Below, piece after piece: positions 20,247 to 28,894 of a stretch of 28,894 nt of DNA. The notes below the pieces were generated by a model. It did no database searches and was not told the origin of the DNA. It saw nothing but the letters and a program-made list of their open reading frames with translations. The DNA is from Vicugna vicugna. Lineage: Eukaryota. How positions within the stretch are numbered: the stretch's first letter is position 1; each line of letters begins with the position of its first letter. The position numbers and the translations under genes are program-made. Location of the stretch: contig MU058584.1 of assembly GCA_013265495.1 (NCBI GenBank), positions 2,575,599 through 2,604,492 of the forward strand, read 5' to 3'.

Positions 20247-21624
20247 CCTTAGAATTCGTTCATTACATTAGCTTCTGCTGATCTTCTGGCCCTCAAAGCT
20301 CTGGGACCTGGGACACTTACACGTTTCGCAGGGAAGGGAAACGGGGCACTGGGAAATACTGGTGAAGAGGTTGGGACGAGCAGACCGGGGTGGGGGCACA
20401 TAATGGGGTCACACCAAAATACAGTGGGGAACAAGAGGGCAGGGCACCCAGGGTGAGGAGTAGGCAAGGCCTGGGCCCTCGAGGGGTGATGACAACAAAC
20501 CCCACTGCCTGCACTTGACGTTCCCGCAGCGTTTTGTCCCTGCAGCCTCTCGTCCATGGCCCAGAGATTGGAACCCACTTCCAGGAGGGGCTCTGGCTCT
20601 CCCCACACAAGCCGTGGATCCAACTCAGTCTCCTTGGCATAGGCCCCGGGCTGAGCAAGAAGATTTATGGAAAACGTTCTCAGGCTGCATGTCTCTGAAG
20701 TGAAAGCTCAAAGAACCATCTGAGTCACGCTCGAAGGCAAAACCACGGCGGTTGGCTTCAGATGAAGAAGTCGCAGGCAACCCAACCCCAGTTTGGAAGA
20801 CAGTTCGCCTGTGATGTGTCACCCCGAGAAGGCTCCAGGGACAAAAGAGAAGAGTCTGAATTAGCAAGCTGGCGCCCGTCCCGCTGCGGGTGGAACACAC
20901 ACACAAGCCCAAGGCGGCTCCCGGCTGCCAGAGGAAACTTCTTGCCCAAATGCCTTTTCTTGGCTGATTTTGATGGCGGTGATCGATCAAGCAGCCTCCT
21001 TGGGAAGCACCTTGAGGATACAGGGAGGGGAAGAAACCTTCCTTTGGGGTTTCCAAAACATTCCCCTTTCATGCTTGTTTTTACTTAGTCATTGCCTCCC
21101 TCCTGGCCTCCGGCACCGAGCCTGCCTCCCGCCTGCCCCAGGTAACCAGAGCCCCGAGAGTGCACAAAGCACCACTGTGCCAGAGTGATGTTATCAGGCG
21201 GGCCTGGCCTGCTCCACACGGTAAGACAGCAGCCGAGCCAGGGTGGCCGGACCCGGAGCTGAAACAGGACTCCCATGCTGCTGACCGAGGACAGAGTGGC
21301 CTTTGTGAGGGACAAATCATATTTAGGCTCGTGCCTTATTAACATTGCAGTCATCAGAGCATTTTCTTTCCTGACTTCCAGCGCCAAAACCCTGTATAGG
21401 CTTCTGTAGGACGCAGATCAACCCTGGAGTTGACATTGGATGGAAAGGATGGGGTGGTTCTATTTGGCTTCCGTCTTTGTGGACCCGTCAGAGCACTGAG
21501 CACACCCCAGTGCATGATGCAGAGCAAATCTTGTGGCTGAACCATAAGGCTTGATTGAAAACTTGTCATAGGAGAGGTTAAACCAGAAAAAATTTGGTCG
21601 TCATTGAGGGAAGGAGTGTTTTTC

Positions 21625-21840
21625 ATAGGAGAGCCTGCAGATTCAGGACTCTGTAACCTTGGATGTGTATTTGCACTCTGCCAACGGGTGGCTTTGGACA
21701 AGTCACCTGAACTGTCTGAGCCTCGGTCTCCTCATCTGTAGAATGGAGATAATAGTGCCTACTTAGTAGAGTCACTGTGATGATTGCAGACAGCAAATGC
21801 AGACAAACTGGCACGTAGTAGATGCTCACGAAACAGCAGC
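21625..21840 (+). mobile_element. MIR SINE
   Basis: ctttggacaagtcacctgaactgtctgagcctcggtctcctcatctgtagaatggagataatagtgcctac...tggcacgtagtagatgctca. Confidence 0.9.
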
Positions 21841-22679
21841 TTTCATGTTAAAAGGATCCCCACCCCTCAACTCCAGAACTGTCAGAATTGGTCTCAATAG
21901 CCCTATGACACAGATGGATATGCGTATTAAGGTCTTAAAAATGTAGTGTAGAATCTGGCACAAATGAAGAGAAAAATCTTTCAATAAACCAAAAGGATAT
22001 TAACAGCCAGAAGTTTCAGTACCATAACCCCTTTAATCACACGAAAGTGCCCCCATGTAATGAGCAGGGCCAGGTCAGGGAAAAACGCTGCCATGTAAAA
22101 GCAAGACAATTTGGTTGTGGACTTTCCAGGTTCCCACCTCCAAGTCAGATGCTGGCCCCCGTCAGCTGTGCACCTTGTAAAGCAAAGCCCTGATGGGCAG
22201 GCTGTGAAGAGGCTCAGGTCTCCACCCAGCCAGCCATCGGGGAGTCAGGCCGGCCTGGAGAGGAGACAAAGCATCACGGCACCACGGTGAAGGGGTCAGC
22301 CTTTTCCACCTACGGCAGGGCTGAGCCTCCTCCTGACAGAGGTTGTAGGCTGTCAGTTTCAATTCTCTGAGTGCGGAAAGTCTCAACACTCACAGCGCGC
22401 ACAGATGGAAGACCCACTATCCGCTTATGGTTATACTGGGCCCTGTTGGCTGTTTAGAATCCCCCTCTTGCTATAAGGTCCTCTGAGGACCCTATTAAAA
22501 GTTCTCTTGGCTAAAATTCACTGGCACATAACTGGTTAGGACACTCACAGAAAATTTCATCCCTCATCAAAGCCCAGCTCAAACAACCAAACCTCCTCCA
22601 CCAAACCTTCAACTACGCACCCTTCGATCATAATAGCCCAGTGTTTACACCATTCGTGTGACCAGAGAAGATCAGATTG

Positions 22680-23845
22680 TCCAAGAGCAAGTTTATACAA
22701 TTTAGGAGAGGTGGAGGGGAGGGAGCATCTTTTAAAAAGACAGAACACAAAATTGTAATTCAAATCTGACTTTTACAAAGTATGTAAATATTTATTTAGA
22801 ACGGAAAAAGAGATAACAAATTATAAAATTTATGTATGATTTATATATAAAATATAAACAGCTGGCAAGTACAACAAGCATCACAAAATCCAGGCGGGGG
22901 GAAGCACATTTTCAGGAGCTGCCTGCCTGATACATGTTCATATCTTCAAACACTTTTAGATGCATACTATTTCGTATGCATACACACTTTTGCAATATTT
23001 TCTGCTATAGAGAATAAAAAATAATTCCATCTTTCTTTTAGCATGATTAATTGGAAAGTGTTACTATTGATCAGTGGGATGCATGGAACGTGTAAACACA
23101 CAAGAGATTTACTCAGTTTTGTGCGACGGTTACAATTTGTTCATACAAACTCAGGAATTCTGACAAAGTCTGTACCACGTGATCCCCATTACACACCCAC
23201 ATACCCACACAGCCTACATATATACGTGCACTGGGTATGGGTGTGTTTGTAATTATACTTCACCTTTAAGTGTGTCCCTGACTTGAGGAAAGTTCCATTT
23301 TGATTAGTCATTGAAAAAAGCCAAATTCTGCACTTCCAACTGGAAGTTTGGAAGAATTTTCCAAAGACTAGCTTCTGGCTCCATCTATTTCAAGTCTTCC
23401 TTCCGTACCACGATCTGCATGCTTCTGGTGCCAGGCGTGAGGGGACCTCTGGCCCTGCATCTTTGTTTCATCAGTGACTTGGAACGTGGATGGTAGGCGT
23501 ATTCTTGGGAGCCACTTCTGCACCAACTTGGCTAGATTCACTGCACACAGAAATGACTGTGGAAAGCACTGACCCAAAACCTCTGCAATCGCCATTCAAC
23601 TGCCCCTGAACCAAATGTTCAAATTGCTCTTGTACCACCACCCAACACGGGGGAGATGGGGTGGAGAGAAAGGCAGAGAAGAAGAGAAGGTCTTAACTGA
23701 TTTCTATTTAAATATCTTCAGTATGTACATTTCCCCAAAACCCATGACTACTTGAATGCATCCCTAGAACTTCTCCAAGAGTCTTTGAAGGCACCTGTGG
23801 AAATGAGCTGTCCAGAGACATAAGCTGCGTTAGTGTCTCAGCGAC
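22680..23845. mobile_element. Zaphod/MER115-like (hAT-Tip100) DNA transposon remnant
   Basis: tttatacaatttagg...gaacacaaaatt...aatatttatttagaa...catcacaaaatccag and the terminal gtctttgaaggcacctgtggaaatgag...taagctgcgttag resemble recalled Zaphod sequence; no intact transposase ORF. Confidence 0.6.
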
Positions 23846-23924
23846 TCTCACCATTTCTATCACCTTTCTGGATTAACCTATTATATTGTTATTTACCATC
23901 ATTCTGCATTTATGTCCTGTCTTT

Positions 23925-24060
23925 ACCACTTACGACCTATGCGATTTGAGCCAGGTGCATTAACCTTGCTGAGTTTCAGCTTGAAAATCTGGAGAATGGG
24001 GGTAAAATAGAGAATGTTCGGGAAGCTCTTGGGAGAATGGTGGGAGGTGATGAGTGGGAA
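23925..24060 (+). mobile_element. MIR SINE fragment
   Basis: taccacttacgacctatgcgatttgagccagg...ttaaccttgctgagtttcagcttgaaaatctggagaatgggggtaaaa. Confidence 0.65.
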
Positions 24061-24179
24061 GGATCTCAGAAGTCAGCAAACAGCTCCCATGCTCATGGCA
24101 AATCCCGTGATGGAAGTGGCAATGGAGGTGTCTGTCATACTCATGAGTTATGACATAGGGAACAAAATAGTGAGTCTTT

Positions 24180-24735
24180 GAACCGACTTTGGATTGCCCT
24201 CAGGATGATAGTCAATTTTCTAACAGCGCTTATGAGGCCCTCTGTGGTCTGGCCTGCTCACCTCTCCCACTGCCTCATCTCCAAAACCTCCCTCTCTCAC
24301 ACTCCCCTACTCCATCCTTGCTGCTGGACCACGAGGAATTTCTCCACCGTGCAACCTCTCTCCGGCCTTCGGGCCTTTTCCCACGCTGGTCCCTTTGTCT
24401 GGAAGACTCTTACCTTCACACTCTCTCCCTTTGCCTCACTACTTTCTTTTTCTTCTTTTTTTTCTTTTTAGTTTTTAATTGAAGGATAGTCAGTTTACAA
24501 TGTGTCAGTTTCTGGTGTATAGCATAATGTTTCAGTCATACACAACATACGTATATTCCTTTTCATATTCTTGTTCATTATAGGTTATTACAAGACACTG
24601 AATATAGCTCCTTGTGCTGCACAGCAGGACCTTGTCTGCTTGTTCTCCCCTACTAGGGCTCCATGAGGACTCACAGTACTTAGTGCAGCGACTGACGAAC
24701 CCTAGGTGCTCAACAACTATTTGTCAATGATTGTT
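24180..24735 (+). mobile_element. L2 3' region interrupted by an L1
   Basis: attgccctcaggatga...gaggccctctgtggtctggcctgc...gggccttttcccacgctggtccctttgtctggaa; after the L1: ctcccctactagggctccatgagg...taggtgctcaacaactatttgtcaatga. Confidence 0.8.
24443..24636 (-). mobile_element. Young L1 3' end (camelid-type), no visible TSD
   Basis: Poly-T, then attgaaggatagtcagtttacaatgtgtcagtttctggtgtatagcataatgtttcagtcata...attataggttattacaagacactgaatatag. Confidence 0.9.
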
Positions 24736-25884
24736 TAAGTGAGAATAAGAAGAAAAGCTGACCCTCCAACCCCTTGGTGGCATCTGGAAGAGGCAGCACA
24801 GGGATGGGAACCCTTGGGATTGCTCTTCAGGCGATTGGCTGGCTCCAGAGCACAGGAGACTTTCTCCTATCGGATGGCAGAGTGTGAAAGCCTCACTCCC
24901 TACGGGCCTCTTTTCAAGGAGCGTGGACACCATTTGCTGGAGTCAGTGACCCCACACCTCAAAGGGTTTGCAGAGCTTGTTGGACTAAATGAAGGAACCT
25001 TGTACAGGTCAGGGACAGTTGCCCTGATAACACAGGCCTCCCTGGTTGCTGAGTGACCAGCCACATAAAGGAGGTGCAGGTGTCTGTATGAGGTGGGGTG
25101 TTCACTCAGTGGCCAGCCCTGGGGCTGCTCTGAACAGGAAGGACTCTGCCTGCTGTGGAAGCACGGGAATAGAAGTAGAGGAAAGAAATGGGTCATTAAT
25201 CAGAAGACAATGGCCTGAGGTCAGCCTTCTTTCAACCCTCAAATTCGTCTCTAAGGCTCAGGATGTAGCCTACAAATCAACTTTTTTTCTGGAAAAGTGT
25301 CTAACCTGTGTTTGAATAATTCCCCATTCTCCTCCACAGCAGGCAGAAGCAGGAAGCCTCTTATATCATGAATTTTTTTTAGGTGCAATGGGGAGGTTAC
25401 TTTACACACTCTTAATTGTCCATTATGGTCTGAAATTCCACAATTAGACATGCATTCCTTTGGCTTAGTGTTTCTTTCCCTGTTAAAATACAAACATCAC
25501 TGCCAGTCTGTACTTTGAACTGTCCCCATATTTACACTTATATTACTTGATATAATCCACTCCTGACCTCGGGATCTGCTACTTGAGTCAGGAGAGTAGG
25601 GAGTACGCTAAAGGGGATTTTGAACCCCAAAGTCATCGTCACCTCTTTTTCAATTTTTCCAAGTGCTTTTGTCCCTGCCTCAACTCGCATCAGGTTACAT
25701 AATAGTCATCCTGTGACACTCTTTACCATGGGTATTTTTTTTTCTTTCTCTGCATTTTCCTACCTCTCTCCCTCCATTATTTTTCTCCTTTCATTCAATT
25801 TCTTCTCCACTTTTCTCTCTACTCCATCTACCCCAAGCCTGCAGGGACACCCACACATATGCTGACGGGCATTCTTCAGCACAA

Positions 25885-26015
25885 GGGCAGTGCAGTATGC
25901 GACAGACAGCACGAAGACTTTGTTTACTTAGCTTCCATTGTCCAGTAGCTGTGTGACTTTGGACAAGTCACCAGTCTTTCTTTTCTCCTTTGGCAAGTGG
26001 GAATAATAAGTTACA
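25885..26015 (+). mobile_element. MIR SINE fragment
   Basis: tagctgtgtgactttggacaagtcacc...ttttctcctttggcaagtgggaataata. Confidence 0.7.
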
Positions 26016-26019
26016 CCAG

Positions 26020-26143
26020 CTGCAAGCTCTTGGGCCCTCTCCCAGAGCTCCCAAAGAGAGATCTCCATGACTGTGGCCCAAAAGCCCACGTTCGCCAAGC
26101 CTCCCAGGTGATTCTCACGTTCTCTAAAGTTCGAGAGCTACTG
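26020..26143 (+). mobile_element. MER5-like hAT-Charlie fragment
   Basis: tgggccctctcccagag...caagcctcccaggtgattctc...aaagttcgagagctactg. Confidence 0.6.
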
Positions 26144-26475
26144 TCTCCCACGTCAATCTTAGTACCTAAACTGACTATTGCAATAAAGGACAGAAAAGCA
26201 CTCATCAGATTTTACTGACTATTCATAGCAGTAAGATCACCTTTTTCCACTGGCCATTCAGACCCAAGGAAATGATTCGCCAGGAGGCTCACAACTGGTT
26301 AGTGATAGAGGCAGAAGGCAACCCAAGTTCCATGCTTTGGGGTTCAGGTCTGTCTCTACCGCACCATCCTGTCTGACCCTCCAGCCACCACTCATCCTTC
26401 CTTCCAAAGAGTTCTCACCACTGAACAAAGGAACCATGAGAGTTCTAGAACCGGCAGGCAAAAAGAGTAAAGTAA

Positions 26476-26581
26476 GTGTGTGTGTCTGTGTATGTGAGAG
26501 AGTCAGACACACAGACACAGAGCAGAGAGACAGAGAAAGATAGAGACATAGAGACAGAAACAGATAAATAGAGGGAGAGAG
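26476..26581 (+). repeat. Degenerate (TG)n / (CA)n / (GA)n low-complexity tract
   Basis: gtgtgtgtgtctgtgtatgtgagagagtcagacacacagacacagagcagagagacagagaaagatagag. Confidence 0.85.
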
Positions 26582-27789
26582 GTATCTCCCTCTTTTATTT
26601 CCTGCACTCATTACATTTTCTCTTATTTCCGAATTCATCATAAAGGTTAGATGCCTGATATGTTCTTTCTAAATTCCTGAAAATTCAACTTTAGGTGAAT
26701 ATCATCATAATTAAATTCCATTACAGGGAAAGGGTTTAGAAGACTAATGACATTTTTTTCCCCTTGATACTGAAATTTGATCTATACGTCCATTTAGGTA
26801 TCTTATGTGCTTCCTTATAGTTGAGAACTGTTCTATCAAGTTTCAGGCTTCCACCTGATAAAAGATTTTTGGACCAAGATACTCATTTAAAACATTAGCT
26901 ATTATCTGGCAGGGAAATTAATTTAATGATGCCTCAGGAAAAGTGAAGTTGAAAGAGCAGTCGTCTGAATGTCAGCAGATTCTAGGTTCCAGCCCAAAGA
27001 ATGAGCTTGGAACCCCCGGGTAAGTCCCTTGTCTTCCTGTGACTTATACATGAAAAGCATTCAGAATAGTTCATGGTACATAGCACTTTCCTCAGTGAAC
27101 ATAGGCACTGCATTACTAAATGTGAGTTTTTACCAAAGAAGAAATCTCGCACAATCTACCAGAGGAACGGAAGCGTCATTGCCTGATGGGGTCCACAGCA
27201 TCATGAGAAGTAAGAGTCTGTAGCTGGTTCATGAAACACAGCAGAGAATGTGGGAAGAGCACTTCAAACGGAGGGGCAGCACCTTTGTAGGCGGGTGGGG
27301 AGGGGTGTCATGTGTGTGAACACCTGGAGCAGAGGGCCATGCTGGGCACATCATTCTCCATCATGAGAGGCTGGCACAGGACAGTGTCAGGAGAGCAGAG
27401 TATGCTCTGTGAGGGAGGGGTCTGGATGGATCCCAGCAACCTACCAGATGGGGTGGGGGTGGGGCGCCCACAACTGTCCATCAAGCACGACCCAGAGGCC
27501 CAGGGCAGAGGATACTGGAACGGGAAGGTGGGGATCAAGGCGCCATCAAAGAAGGAGAGTGCTAATACGAACCCAGCTTGAAACCAGCTCAAATCAGCTG
27601 GCCCTGCACTGGGGGCAGCTACTTAACAGAACAGACATGCTAACCGGACAGTGAGGCAAGAACTGCCTTAAGGAGTTTGGTTTAGTTTCAATGCTAAGTC
27701 CACTAGTGGAAAAAAAAAGGCAGATACATCAACACTTAGTTGCGTCTTTTCTCAGAGACCTGCTATGCAGTATCAAAATAGCTGGTGGA

Positions 27790-28400
27790 ATCTCTCTCCA
27801 GAGCTCTAGACCCTTCTACACAGGCTGCCTTACGATCATCAGGATACGGATGTCCCACAAACAACTCAAAGTCCACATAGTTGAAGCAAATTATCACCTT
27901 CCCTCCCTCAACTTGCTCCATGTCCAATGTTTCTCACCTCAGTGAATGGCACTATGAGTGACCCAAGCCAGAAAACTGTTTTTATTTTGACTCCTCCAAC
28001 TTCTCCCTGCCCCTCATAATAAGTCAGTTGCTCAACTGCTGTAGATTCTACCTCACTAACATCTTTAGAATCTCTGTCCATCTCTCCTCTTTCAGTCCCT
28101 GGGACTGCCATCACATAGGCTTAGCTCACCATATGGTATCGAAATTATTAGCACAGCCTCATTCAGCAACAAACACTTATTGACCACATATTATGTGCCT
28201 AGGGACTGAGGAGCAAAAATAGACAAACTCCCTGCTCCCTTGGGGATTTTGGTTTGGCAATTCCTCTCTAAGCTCCATGGCTGTAGTATTGTCCCGCTTG
28301 AATCCTCTCCCTCCACTGTAGAGAGAGTGATTTGTCTAAATCCAAAGCTGATCATATTACTTCCCTGCAGTTTGGATAATATTCAGCATACTCACCTTAG
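27790..28400 (+). mobile_element. L2 fragment with an internal opposite-strand L2 tail (about 28160-28258)
   Basis: ggatgtcccacaaacaactcaaa...ctcagtgaatggcact...cccaagccagaaaact...ttgactcctcc...gattctacctc; insert cattcagcaacaaacacttattgaccacatattatgtgcc. Confidence 0.75.
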
Positions 28401-28744
28401 TTTGGAAGAGAGAAAACGTGTTTGTTGATAAGGTTGATCTGGGTGGACCTACTGTTTCAGTGGGTAGAAGAAATACCTTGTTTGGTGTATTGGTAACCAC
28501 ATGCCCAGAGCAGAGGCACCGATACCATTGGAAGGAGGAAGTAGCTTATCATCAGTCCTAATGAATGAAAATCTCTGACATCACTCGTCTAAGTAAGTCT
28601 AAGAATTACTTGCTTATTTTCTATTGAATTTCATGGGTAACACTTTCCTCACCGCTTCAGAAGTATATACATTTAAAGTTTAATAGATCACTTTTTGGAG
28701 GTTTTTAAAAATGTTCCCTGCACAATTTAAAGTGCTTTAATGGA

Positions 28745-28894
28745 TTATCATTCTTAATATTCACAAACTGATGGGAGTACTATTGCTATTACCCATTTTA
28801 TAATGAAGAAAGCTGAGACCGAGAGATGTAAAGTCACTTCTCAAGGATCACACAGCCCTTGAACACTGCACAGTAGAGCTGGGATGTGATGTGG
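28745..28894 (-). mobile_element. MIR SINE
   Basis: ctattacccattttataatgaagaaagctgagaccgagagatgtaaagtcacttctcaaggatcacacagc. Confidence 0.85.

Noticed and set aside
23171..23181. tgtaccacgtg identical to 4657-4667
   Set aside because: An 11-mer match somewhere within 29 kb is expected by chance, and the flanks do not align.
1..28894. CRISPR array, operon, intact transposase/RT, or processed pseudogene
   Set aside because: No regularly spaced repeat-spacer units, no long ORFs and no recognisable protein homology; the DNA is repeat-rich mammalian non-coding sequence. Small exons or miRNA/snoRNA genes cannot be excluded by eye.

Overview
This is mammalian, non-coding genomic DNA (intronic or intergenic), very likely from a camelid. 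It carries a tRNA-derived SINE of the camelid vic-1 type with a target-site duplication, plus several L1 3' tails of a cetartiodactyl/camelid type. I recognise no protein-coding exon, rRNA, true tRNA, CRISPR array or prokaryotic system. The ORF track is explained by microsatellites, repeat remnants and chance. Much of the window is interspersed repeat (L1, L2, MIR, CR1/L3, MLT1, LTR16, MER3/MER5, Tigger2-like, Zaphod-like), identified from remembered consensus sequences rather than a database search, so subfamily names and boundaries are approximate. The most noteworthy direct observations are: a perfect 28-bp palindrome (18340-18367) holding inverted E-boxes and CTCF-like cores inside a MIR remnant; a ~130-bp diverged direct duplication (4691-4819 / 5841-5981); a 10-bp-phased CACCTG triplet within an E-box-dense stretch (12943-13251); nested and ultra-short retrotransposon insertions with readable TSDs; a 218-bp pure-purine tract; and several enhancer-like and exon-like unique stretches. 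I found no convincing evidence of a new multi-component biological system; the findings are candidates to check.
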